Origin: Selaginella moellendorffii
Taxonomy: Eukaryota; Plantae; Lycopodiophyta
Assembly: GCF_000143415.4 (NCBI RefSeq)
Contig: NW_003314395.1
Coordinates: 251,862 to 315,861 of the forward strand
DNA length: 64,000 nucleotides
Direction: 5' to 3'
Positions 15,574 to 26,943 of this stretch are shown piece by piece. The position numbers and the translations under genes are program-made. Below the pieces are notes generated by a model that was given only the letters and a program-made list of their open reading frames with translations, had not been told where the DNA came from and made no database searches. How positions within the stretch are numbered: position 1 is the stretch's first letter; the number at the start of each line of letters is the position of its first letter.

Positions 15574-17096
15574 ATGAGGTTTGTCGTTCTCTTCTTTTTA
15601 CTTTCGGACGATTGATCGATCGATTCTCTCGCCATTGCAGTGGAACAGCGCCAGCAGCAGCATCATCGGCCGCAAATGTGGGATCGCTGGATTTAAATCC
15701 TCCCTCGATGGAGCTCCAGCGGCGGATCAAGGAGGCGACCGATACCCCGCGAGAGAATCAAAAGGATTTTCGCCTGGAGCATCTCAAACAGCTGCCCTGG
15801 CCCGACGCGGCTTACATCCGAGAGGCGAGGAGAAGAGTCCTTGCCAAAGAAGGATTTATCATCGACATGGATGGAGTGATTTATCGTGGCGATCATTTGC
15901 TTCCAGGCGTCAATGAGGTAATGTTCTCCCCTCTTTTTCTCTGGTTGTTACTTCTCCTTTTAGTAGCTAGTTTCCTTTTGAAAATCTTCTACGTGTTTTT
16001 GTGCTCGAAGTCCACCTCGACGATATGTGCTAATGCCACCCGTCAATCCTCAATGCAGTTTGTAGCGTGGCTCAACGATCATGGAAAGCGTTTCGTCTTT
16101 CTTACGAATTCCAGTGACAAGACGCCAGACGAGCTACACAGAAAGCTCTCTCGTCTCGGCGTTGTTTCTCACGGATCTAATTTCTACACTTCAGCAATGG
16201 TAAGCAAGCCTTTTAGTTTCTACGTGTCCAGCTAAAACTCACAGTTTTCTTTTCAGGCAACAGCTGCCTTTCTTACAAGCCAAAAGCCGCAAGGCAGTGC
16301 TTACGTCATCGGAGATCCGGGTCTTCATCAGGTACGTGTAAAATCTGAATTTAAGATCGGAAAAAAGCTCAAGGGTGACTTGCAGGCGCTTTACGCTTGT
16401 GGATATGTTATGAACGATGTTAACCCGGACTATGTTGTGGTCGGCGAAACACGCAACTACAGGTAAGAAACGAAGCCATTGAAGTTCTTGCTTTTATGTA
16501 AGAGTGGAATTTACAGCTATGAGAAAATAGAACACGCCGTGCATTTGGTTCTAAATGGCGCTAAACTTATAGGAACGAACTGCGATAAAACGGATCCCAG
16601 CCCTGCTTATCCAGGAGAGGTAGAATGTTTGCTTGTGTATAACTAGGAACAAACGAAAGCTAACTTAAGTAACTTTCAGGTCATACCAGCTGCTGGTTCA
16701 TTGATAACTCCCATTGAGAAGGCCTCTGGCGTGAACGCTTATTTTGTTGGAAAGGTATAAAGTCCTAGAAAACATGGATTGGATGACTGAAACCTTTTTC
16801 TTACAGCCAAATCCACTGATGATGAGGAGCGCTCTATCAGTGCTCGAAACAAAAAGAGTAGAGACTGTAATTATCGGCGATAGGATGGATACCGATATTC
16901 TAGGCGGCCTTGAGGTAAGATCGACTTTATTCAGCGAAACACAGATTCTAAACGTTTTCCGTTTTTCTAGGCTGGGATTGATTCTGTGCTCGTTCTCAGC
17001 GGGGTGACATCGTTGCAAGACACGAGGCAATGGTCTTTCCTGCCGCGGTTCGTGCTGCGTGGTATTTTTGATTTAGTAGACAGCAGCGGGAGCTAA
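15574..17096 (+). CDS. HAD-superfamily subfamily IIA hydrolase, NagD-like (multi-exon; first coding exon only ATGAG)
   Basis: [83 protein letters not shown]. About 9 short GT-AG introns. Confidence 0.92.
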
Positions 17097-17118
17097 GTTA
17101 AGTTGGCAGTTGATCCGA

Positions 17119-17903
17119 TCAACCGGATCTCAACCCGCCATTGTCATTCCTCGGCTTGCATTTTTGGAGCTCCAGCGCAACCTGTAACGTGCGAAGAACA
17201 GTATTGACAACAGCGATTCTTTTCATGGACGAAGATCCAGATATTTTCTACGTACCGTCATGTAGCCGGGATGGGTGCCAATGGCAGCGATCACCTGTCG
17301 AGCAGAACTTATTTGGAGAAAATTCCAAATAAAGAAGACTTTGACGCACCGTTTCAAACTTTTCACCTCGGACGTTCAAGCGGACGACTTGCATTCCTTT
17401 GCGAACGGTGACGCCTTGGTAGACCTCTTGATCCGCGTAGACAACCGCGCTCGTTGCAATCAGCTGGTCGCCGACTTCTACCAGGCCACTCTTCTCTGCG
17501 TTGCCTCCTGGTGAAACTTCGGCCACGAAAATGTTGCCCGCAGCGTCCTCCTCAAGGATCATGCCTGTTCGAAATGAAACATCAAAATAAGAAATGGAGG
17601 AGTGTTTGTTGCTTGTTCTTCTCCTTAGATATACAGACCCAAAGGTTTTCTTAGCTCCACTTTGACTCTGCTGCATCCGGGTGGAGGAGCATCTTCCGAG
17701 GAACTGCTGCTGCTGTTGCTGCTGATAATTTGTGGTTGATTCGTTGGAGATGTTCTAAGAATGAATTTCTTGTGCTTGGGCAGAAGAATGGTCTTTTCAC
17801 CTGCATAGAATTGGAAAGGATATGTATGCACACTACCTGGATTTCTAGCTAGGAGGATCCTTGTCGCACAGGAGCAGCAAGGCCATGGATTGACCAAGGC
17901 CAT
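17119..17903 (-). CDS. Plastid-targeted PDZ-like domain protein
   Basis: Ser-rich transit-like N-terminus, then KVELRKPLG/MILEE...IFVAEVSPGGNAEKSGLVEVGDQLIATSA...GEKFET/VIAAIGTH.../VALELQKC. GT-AG introns. Confidence 0.85.
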
Positions 17904-17993
17904 GCCTTTACCACACACCCCTGATTTAAATGAAATGGATATTCTTTAAATGGTAGAAAGCCGCGTGCCGGTCGATCCCTTAAAAACTCAACA

Positions 17994-18170
17994 CTCTGCC
18001 TCTTGCGGCCCAGGGAAGAGATGGATGCGTTCGAGCAGCAGCTCCGCTGCGCGAGCCAAAGCCAGAGATTCCACTTCCCTTCGTCCGAGGGAGCTGTGTG
18101 GGAGGCAGATCAAGTTTTGGATTGCATAATAAAAAGGCGCTGCAGGATGAGATCCAGAAGCTCGAAGCCC
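17994..18170 (+). pseudogene. Remnant of the 3' end of a paralog of the adjacent 7TM gene (second copy at ~42440-42640)
   Basis: LCLLRPREEMDAFEQQL...SQRFHFPSSEGAVWEA...DEIQKL aligns with LCLFRPKEEMDNFEQEL...SQRIHFPSCEGAIWEA...DEIRKL of 18317-19499. Confidence 0.8.
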
Positions 18171-18316
18171 ATGAGCTGCTTCGATGGATCCGTGATCTAC
18201 GAGACCAGGCAAAGTTCCAGGACCAAGAGGTGATAAAGAATTAATAATCTCGGGTTGAGAAAGTCAAGAACGAGGGCTGGAAGAACAGATAGAGATCGAG
18301 CAAGTTTTCCTCGTCC

Positions 18317-19499
18317 ATGGCGTCTGGATGTTGCAACCAAGGGTGTTACATGAAAGTGGTGCCCAGTGATCCAGACACTCCCTACGACTTCACACTCCTG
18401 GCATTTGCTTTGGCCGCGACAATTCCATTCATCGTGGCGAATGGCGCGCTCTTCGCCCATCGCGGGCGCTCCTACTTTCGAGCGCAGGGAGGTGTGTATC
18501 TCATCTTAGGGAGTTCGCTAGCGGGCTTAGTCTGGATAGCAGCCCAGTTCGTCAACAATGACCACTTCAGCAGGATCGGGCCGCTCAGGAGCTGCTTGCT
18601 GTGGACGTTCTGGCTCCAGGGGACGGCTATTTGCCTGTGGTTCGTGCTCACTATTCTCCGGCTTGCTCGGATGTACGAGCTCAGCAAGAACATCGACAAC
18701 TGGTCGTGGAAATACTACGTTTTCGTCGCCCTGTGCCTGCTTCCCAACGTCATCCTGTCCACCGTTGCTAGCTTGAGTGACTTCCATGAACACGAGAGAA
18801 GGTACAGTTCATGGCTTGCGATGTTTCATCTCTTTCTCTCTCGGACTGATTGCTCTTGATGCCAGCGTTCGGTTGTGCAAGCTAAGCAAGAACTGGAAAA
18901 CCACCGTCTTCTCCGTGTATACTCCATACTGGCTGGTGCTCATCTTCGTCATCTATCAGCTGCGCAACCAGGAGGATCCACTGCTATCTACCGAGTACAG
19001 GGACACTGTGGACTACTTGGCTGTGACTATCGTCATTATCATGCTCTCCAGCATGGCGGATGTGACGATAACTAGCGATACTATCCCTGGCAGATGCGCC
19101 CTAACGTTTTCAACATGCTGCCTCGTGTTCTTTAACTTTTGGATACGCTTCGGGTGGCCGATTTATCTGTGTCTCTTCAGGCCCAAAGAGGAGATGGACA
19201 ACTTCGAGCAGGAGCTAACTTACGGTGGTGCCCAAGCTCTGGACATGGTTTACAGCCAAAGAATACACTTCCCTTCTTGTGAAGGTGCTATTTGGGAAGC
19301 TTTCTCGAAAGCTAGTGACGATCGGGACAGATACAAGGTAGAGCTTGCTTCTATCTTTTCTTCTTCTTGCTCTCTAGCTAATGCTACACTGAAACAGGAT
19401 GAAATACGGAAGCTGCAATTGCAGAAAGCGTTGCTGGAAGGGAAGATCCTAGAGTTACAAGTGCAGAAGAGAAAAGCACTTGGATCTGGTCACTCTTAA
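18317..19499 (+). CDS. Seven-TM protein resembling the 7TM region of plant RGS1, with a short coiled-coil tail and no RGS domain (exons 18317-18801, 18866-19337, 19398-19499; about 352 aa)
   Basis: Seven hydrophobic segments. Motifs MASGC, CLLWTFWLQG, YVFVALCLLP, CKLSKNW, EYRD and WPIY parallel AtRGS1 MASGC, CYLWAVWIEG, YIFLPLVLLP, CHMGLQW, ELRD and QPLL. Introns of 64 and 60 nt. Confidence 0.75.
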
Positions 19500-19589
19500 A
19501 GTTATGCTATCTTAATTGACTTTTTTCTTTGTTTTTGATTCTTTATTTGACTTTCAGTCTAGATCTATCTTCATCATTATATATAGAGA

Positions 19590-22500
19590 TGTGAGGTCCA
19601 AATGTATGGTTATAATGTGGTATATTAATATTAATATAATGGGATTTTAGTAACTGTCAAATTGATTTCAATTTGGACCATTTCCTCTTATATATAACTT
19701 AGGGTTTTTGGGCTTCCTTTTCCATATTCCAAGCACTTACAACAAGAAATATTTAAATATCTAAAAATATCTAGGGTTTTTGGGTTAATTGATATACATA
19801 TTTTTTGTATTCCCTTTCTATATTCCAAACACTTATATTGGTGGAGGTGAGGAGCACTTTTGATTGTCCTTGAAATTTAGGATTTTGGTTTACATCTAGC
19901 TTTTGCATTGTCTAGATCTAGCTTTTCCATTTCTTTTCTTTTGTTTTTCCCTTTCAAGATTTTGGTTTAGATTTAGCTTTTTGCATTGTCTAGATTTACC
20001 ATTTCCTTCTAGCTTTTTGTCATTTCTTTTCTTTTGCTCTTTCTTTTTTCGTTGATTTTCATGGTAGATTAGCAATCTCCTCCTTTGACTTTGGAGCAGT
20101 AGTTGGTCCAATTGTTTGATGCTATGTGCTTGCAATTGAACAACTAAACTCAATTGATGGTGGCATTCACAACATGTGGTACAACTCCTTTTGCTCTTGG
20201 TGCCAATCCTCATGTTCTGCCGGAGTTCTTTCACGGGAATCCTGGGGATGATGTGTACCATTGGTTCGATCACTTCACGGTGATTGCCATATATCATTCT
20301 TGGGATGATGCTCGACGTTTGCGTGAGTTTCCCATGTGTCTCCAAGAGATGGCGTTGCAGTGGTACAATGGTTTGAGTGTAGCCACTCATGGGGATTGGA
20401 GTGTTCTCCTGGACGTCTTCAAATGCGACTTTGGACATGCCGACGATTGTGATGATGCCTTCTAACAATTGCATTATCTTCTGCAAGGGCCATTTGAGTT
20501 GGTGATGCAATTTAGAGTTTGTTTCCGAAGTCTTTTCCTTCGTGCAGAGCCCAATATGTCGGAGTGGATCAAGCTAGGAATGTTGTGGCCAACACTTCGT
20601 CAAGATTTTATCAAACTTGTGCATGCACTTGCTCTTGCCACCTTTGACAATGCTCTTTACTTGGCACAATGTTATGAAACGTCGCCTCTTCCACTTCTCG
20701 TTACACGTATTTCACCTCCACTTCCTATGAGTGATGGTCCTATTCCAATAGAGGTTGATGTTGCTGCTGCTCGAGTCCAAGGACAAGGGCAAGGATGTGG
20801 TCGTGGCTGTGACGTTCGTTGCTGGGCGTGTGATGAAGTTGGTCATACTTATTGGCGTTGTTGGCGTTTTCCGAATTGGCGACCTCCATTTCCTTGGTGG
20901 AGACCTTGGCGTCAGCAAGCAGTGGAAGGTTTGAACACCGCGGTGCATCTAGGAAATGAGGAGTCGCGCGAGTAATGGAGGAACCTTGCGCGAATAAGTT
21001 AGTGACCCCTCCATCTTTCTTTCGGGAGTATCATCAAGGGGTTCACTTAGCACCGATTCATCCAATGTTTACTTTCCAAGTTTGTTTTCATAACACAAGG
21101 TCTCCTATTATTCTCTCCGTATTGGTTGATACAGGTTCAAGTTTATCTTCTATTGTTTGACCTATTGCCACACGTTGTTGTCTACACTTGCTTCATGCGG
21201 CAGAACAAGTTTTCATTCTTTATGGCAACAGCTGTATACATGCATATGCACATGATGAGGCAGACCTAGTTGTGCGTGTGGGCAATTTTGAGCTTGAGTT
21301 GTAGTCGTTGCGGATGGTGCCAAGTCAAGTTTTTGACCTCATTCTTGGTATGGATTGGTTGCAACGCAATCATGCCAAATGTGACTTTGAGGCTTCTCCC
21401 CCTTATTTCATACTTACTTATATTTCATCCATTCCTCTCACTTCCGTACCTCTTCATCCCTTTACTTTTACCTCTGCTTCCATTACTTTTGTTCCCACAC
21501 TATTTCCTCATGTGTTTCCATCTTGTTCTGCTCTTTCCTTTTCCGATCCCTCCAATGATCTTTGTGTTGCAGCGGTTGACCAGCTCATGATCTCTTTGAA
21601 TTTGATTTATCATCTGGGGCCAAGATTGCCATACATCATCCGATTCCAACTAGGGATGCTCGTCCAATCAAGGTTCTTGTTCGTTGTCGATCACCCAAGG
21701 AGATCAAAATTTTACGTGCAAACGTCAAAGAGATGTTGGCGATGGGTGTTATTCGGAAGTCGTGGAGTCCTTGGGCATGTGAACCTCATCTTGTGACGAA
21801 GCCTGATGGGAGTATTCATTTCTGCATCGACTATCATCCGTTAAACGAAGTGACGATCATGAATGTGTACCTTCTTCCTCACACTACTGATCTCTTGGAT
21901 TGTCTGAGGCGAAGTCGTTGGTTCACCAAGCTAGATCTTGCTTCTGGGTACTGGCAAGTACCGATGGTCAAAGAAGATATTCCTAAGACTACTTTTCGTA
22001 CACCATTTGGTTTGTACGAGTTCTTGGTGATGCCGTTTTGTTTGAACAATGCTCCAACAACTTTTCAGCGGATAATGGACAAGGTTCTTTGCGATATGCC
22101 AGAGGTGACTATTGACTTCATTGATGATGTTTTGATCCACTCGGAGGGGATGTGGGAGGAGCGCATTTGTGATGTTTGTAAAGTGTTAGATCGGCTACGC
22201 AACGTTGGTTTAAAGCTGAAGCGGTCGAAGTGGGTGTTTGGGTCCAAGGACACAACTTATCTTAGGTATTGTATTTCTCGTGAGGGTTTGCAAGTTGATC
22301 TTGAAAAACTTATGGCTGTTCTAAAGTTCCTTACTCCAAAGTGTGTGAATGATGTGCAACGCTTCTTGGGCAAGGTGTAGATCTCTGTCGTTATGTGGAT
22401 CATCTTTCTGATCGCATTGCACTGTTGCAAGCATTGCTGAAGTCATCAATGTCATCTTTCATCTGGTCTCTAGATTGTGAGCGGGTGTTCAGGGATCTCA

Positions 22501-23765
22501 AAGAGCTATTGACGACTCCTCCGGTTTTGGCATATCCTGACTATACTCAACCTTTTATTTTATGCGTGGATGCTTCTGACATTGGTCTTGGAGGTGTGTT
22601 AATGCAAGAGAGTTTGAGTGTGCTTGGTTAGTGCCATCCCATTGCATATATAAGCCGTACATATAACTAGCGGAGATGAACTGCTCCACGACAGAGAAAA
22701 AGTGTTTAGCAATAGTTTGGGCTTTCGAGAAACTTCATGCATATCTATATGGTTTCCGGACATTACTTGAAGGTGACCATGCTGCTATTACTTCATTATT
22801 GAAGTGAAAGAACCTAGTGGGTCGTATTGCTCGATGGGCTTTGAAGCTTCAAATATATGATTTTGATGTTGTTCATCACTTTGGGAGTTTTATGGTTGAT
22901 GTTGATGCCCTTTCTCAAGTTTCTCTTCCTTCTCCACTCTCTTCTCATGTTTCTAATGAGCTTGTTGTTTTAGCATCTGTGGATTTTTCTAGACGAGGAT
23001 TTTGTGCCAACGGCAGTTACTATACTTGACATTCAGTGTCCACAAGGCGCAGAGCAAGGTCTACCTTCTCTTGATGAGGTTCGCGAGGCTCAAAAGATTG
23101 AGCTATGTATTTGAAGGCTTCGAGATGGTTTTGAGAATTTTGCATCACTTGCTGATAACTTGCCTTTCTGGCATTTACATTCTCAATATCGCCTTAAAGA
23201 TGGCCTTCTTTATTTTGTGGGGACGAATTCTAATGATCATTTACGACTGATGGTGCCTTATGTCTTTATTCTACAGTTTCTCCATGCTTACCATGATTCT
23301 CCTATTCTAGGTGAGCATATGGGATATCGTCATATAACCGAGAAGCTGTGCAGGTCTTTCTATTAGCTAGAGATTTGCCGTGATATTATCCGGTATGTGC
23401 GTAGCTCCGTTTGGTGCTAAGCTCATAATACTCCCCCTCGTGCTGCGGAAAGACGGTTGGAGTTGATTGCAGTTTCCCGTCTGTTTGAGTTGGTGGCATT
23501 TGATCTTATGGGACCTTTTCCACAGTCGACTACTGATAATGAGTATATTATTATTGCTTCTGACTACTTGACTCGTTGGGTGGAAGTTGGTGCTCTTGCT
23601 AATGCCTTTGCAATTGCTGTTGGATACTTCCTCCTCAATTGAGTGGTGTTCCAACATTTATGTCCAGAGCGGATTCTTTTGAATAATGGTCTTGCATTTA
23701 TGGCTGAGGCATTTCTTGTTTTGACGTCTTGGTTAGGGATACGCCACATTTTTACGAGTGCTTAC
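19590..23765 (+). mobile_element. Ty3/gypsy family B, degenerate (5' LTR 19590-19837, tRNA-Ala-like PBS, gag-PR-RT-RH-partial INT)
   Basis: LTR starts TGTGAGG. PBS TGGTGGAGGTG near 19839. Zn knuckle CWACDEVGHTYWRC, protease VLVDTG, RT WFTKLDLASGYWQV...FIDDVLI, RNase H LCVDASDIGLGG. Integrase truncated by fusion to family C. Confidence 0.92.
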
Positions 23766-25087
23766 GCTACTAACCAACTTGACCTTTTTATCCGTGGGTT
23801 TGTCTCTTTTTGCTTAACTCCCCCCATGTACTCACTCGCTGATTGCTGGATTTGCCTTTCCGAAACCTTGAGGACTCATTCTTAGAGAAACTCTTTTTGA
23901 ATTTCCCTTTGCTATATGTTCCCTTTGGTTTAGCCCTTTTGCTAAACGTGGACCTTGACCCCGTCGTGTTCCCCTTTCACAGGTTATTGTTGAAATGCAC
24001 CTTGATGGTGTAAGCTCCTGAGTTTGGACTTCCCGGGAGGTCACCCAGCCCAGTACTATTCAAACCTAGGGACGCTTAACCCCAAGTATCCCAAGACCCT
24101 TAACCGATTGGAAAAGGGGGTGCACTCTTGTTCATGGGCCCTTTCCCTCTATATTTGAACCCCTATGGATCGTCTCTCGAGTCGTTCCCTTTGGTTGCTT
24201 ACAGATGGCCACATCTAATGCTTCCTTGTAGTTGGTCGGGTTCCAACGTATCACCTCACCGCAAGCCCAGGTTTGCAAGCCTGATATGAAGGCATGGAAC
24301 ATAACAAATATCCTCTTTGCCATAAACCCATTCACATACTCATGAATGGTTCCGGCCTGCTTCAGCCTACTCAGCTCATCTCTTAGATACAGAGTAGCAT
24401 TCAGAGGAATGTAAGTCGCGCGGATCCTCGCCTTCATCATTTCCCAAGTGGCCACCAGTCTTTCGTTGACATCTGTTGTTTTCCACCAAGACTTGGCATT
24501 ATCTGCCAAGTATGGTTTTGCATATGGGACCTTCTTCGAGCTTGGTAACCGCAACGCTCGGAAGTAGTCCTCCATATCGTAAAACCAATCCTCTACCACC
24601 TTATAGTCATTCACTCCTTTGAAGACTGGTGGGGGCTTTGGTTTATACTTGGGAATTGCTTGAGGGACTGATTCCACTTCGGTCTATTCGACCTTGTTTG
24701 GTTTTGCCTCAAATCCTACCGAAGGGTCCGCACCTTTTGCGCTGCCAATATTTGCAGTCTTTCGCTTTTTCTTCCGCTTCTCGTCACACTTTAGCTTGCG
24801 TATGAGAGTCTCCAACAAGGCATTGGTCTGTGCCAATTGTCCTTCTAGAACGTCCAATCGAGCCTTGAACAACCAAACCTCGCCACCGGACTCCTGTTTG
24901 GAAGTTTCCTCACTAGAGTCCTCCTCAGGCAAGGATTCCTCATCCATAGCCTTTTGTTCCACCGGAGGCTCCAGCTCTGGCGAAGGTTTTGTCTTTGCCT
25001 TGGTTCGTTTATGCCCTGCCTTTGCCATCTCCCAACAATCTGCCTCTATCCTTTGCTAGAACTGAGGAAAACACTCCGATACCAAAT
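23766..25087 (-). mobile_element. Truncated second family-C unit (PBS + gag) sharing the LTR at 25088-26201
   Basis: PBS TGGTATCGGAG directly follows the LTR. Gag KPKPPPVFKG...VEDWFYDMEDYF...LKQAGTIHEY is homologous to 38222-39349. Confidence 0.88.
24009..24203 (-). mobile_element. Solo LTR with a 5S rRNA-derived internal promoter (Cassandra-like), TSD GATGG
   Basis: Termini TGTAAGC...GCTTACA. Minus strand 24081-24026 reads GGTTAAGCGTCCCTAGGTTTGAATAGTACTGGGCTGGGTGACCTCCCGGGAAGTCC, matching the 5S A-box to C-box region. Empty sites at ~38460 and ~48483. Confidence 0.9.
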
Positions 25088-25856
25088 TATAAGTCACAAT
25101 TTTTTCCTTTCCAATTTGCCAACTTACCTCGTCTTTCTGACCAACACTACCTTGGTTTTTGCTAAGTTCCCTCGCCAAAGTTCCCGCCTACTATACCTAA
25201 TCCTACTTGGTTTCAGCTACTCACTGCACGAGCAACGGAGTGTTAGCCATCCATCCACAGATTCCCAAATCTCTCCCAATCCCCCTCCCTGGGTTAGATT
25301 GGACTTAAGGTTCAGCTACACTCCCCGCAGGCACAAGTAGCCAAGCACACCAAGCCTCCAGGTTCCTAACATCCCTTGGTACAACAAGACTTGATCATGG
25401 GACCCTTTAAATCCCAAGCCTTGGGTGCAACACTTGCATCGGGACACTGGGGCGAAACACCGTGGCCTAACGACCTGGTATGGGTACCTCTACCCCGCCA
25501 CTTTTATCCCGAAGGGAAGGCCCAAGCCCCTAGGAAGGGCGAGGACTAATGAGCCACAAGGTATTCAAGTGGGGCACCACTCCACATGAGCCGGGAGCAC
25601 TGCAGTCGGTTTCCCTTTCGGGAGTGGGAGCTGCTCTTGAGCACTTCCTTGGGTGGCCCCTCCGGCACCACCTGAGTTCATACTCACTCCCACCTAAGGC
25701 CCTTTGGCCCCAGTTTCAACCTCAAGTCAATTTGGAAGCACCATTGGAGAGTTCCTGGTTCCTGGACTTCACTATCCCCACTATACTTTTAGAACCCTCT
25801 GCAGCCCCCCCCCGGGAGAGGCACGCTTTGGGCTTTGACCCCTTGACCTGTATTAG

Positions 25857-26115
25857 TACTTGGACTCGGTCTCGGACTTGATCTCAAACCCGACTTCGAA
25901 CTCAGTCTCAGACTCAATCTCGGACTCGATCTCGAACTCGACCTCAGACCCAATCTCGGACTTGACTTTGAACTCTATCTCGAACCAGATCTCGGATCTC
26001 GGACTTTGTCTTGAACTCGGTCTCGAACTCGGTCTCCGAGTCGGTCTCGAACTCGATCCTGGACTCTATCTCGAACTCGGTTTAAGAGTCAGTCTTGGAC
26101 TTGATCTCAGACTTG
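25857..26115. repeat. Degenerate 6/12-bp tandem array (TCTCGGACTCGA-like) inside family-C LTRs
   Basis: Repeated CTCGGA/CTCGAA/CTCGAT units. A similar array sits at ~50241-50500 and a much shorter one at ~40108-40195. Confidence 0.85.
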
Positions 26116-26749
26116 GTCCCATCCAATGAACTCTTTGTCATTTTGGTCATGCTTTCGGGGATCCTTTAGTCTACGACACCTCGGGGAGTTGGTTCCTTAC
26201 AACTCCACCACCCATAGAAGAAGTTTGATGCCCACATCGAACATCTCTTTTTATCCTATGACTTATTGACCATGGTTCCTTACAACTCCACCACCCATAG
26301 AAGAAGTTTGATGCCCACATCGAACATCTCTTTTTATCCTATGACTTATTGACCATGTCTCCGGGGGCATCCCCCTACTTAGCGGTGTGCCTAAGTGTCG
26401 CGAATGTGACTTTGGGTATCGAAAGTTACCTGTCGGCTAGTCCTTTCAGATATTCTTTCCTTACTGCCATGATGGCAGGAGGTCGGTATTGCTGGACCCG
26501 TTATCAGTTTCCCACTTGAGCTAGTTGAGAAACTGGTCGGTATTGCTGGACCCGTTATCAGTTTCCCACTTGAGCTAGTTGAGAAACTGGTCAATGACCG
26601 TGTACTTATATCGGATAAACATAAGGTAGGAACCCTATGTGTTTCTTGCTGAGCATACTCAACCGTGTACTTATATCGGATAAACATAAGGTAGGAACCC
26701 TATGTGTTTTTTGCTGAGCATACTCAGCCTAGTTTGAGAAACTCCTATC

Positions 26750-26943
26750 TGTAAACTCCTGAATTTGGACTTCTCGGGAGGTCACCCAACCCAGTACTAT
26801 TCAAACCCAAGGACGCTTAACCCCAAATATCCCAAGACCCTTAACCAATTGGAAAAGGGGGTGCACTCTTGTTCATAGGCCCTTTCCCCCTATATTTGAA
26901 CCCCATGGATCGTCTCTCGAGTCATTCCCTTTGGTTGCTTACA
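26750..26943 (-). mobile_element. Solo LTR with a 5S-derived promoter (Cassandra-like), TSD CTATC/CTGTC
   Basis: Same 194-bp unit as 24009-24203. Absent from the homologous LTR sites at ~32645 and ~50929. Confidence 0.9.

Noticed and set aside
24026-24081. 5S rRNA gene
   Set aside because: Only about 56 of ~120 nt match, and the match is embedded in an LTR with a TSD. Not an rRNA gene.
25857-26726. CRISPR-like array
   Set aside because: The repeats are contiguous tandem units without unique spacers, in eukaryotic LTR DNA.
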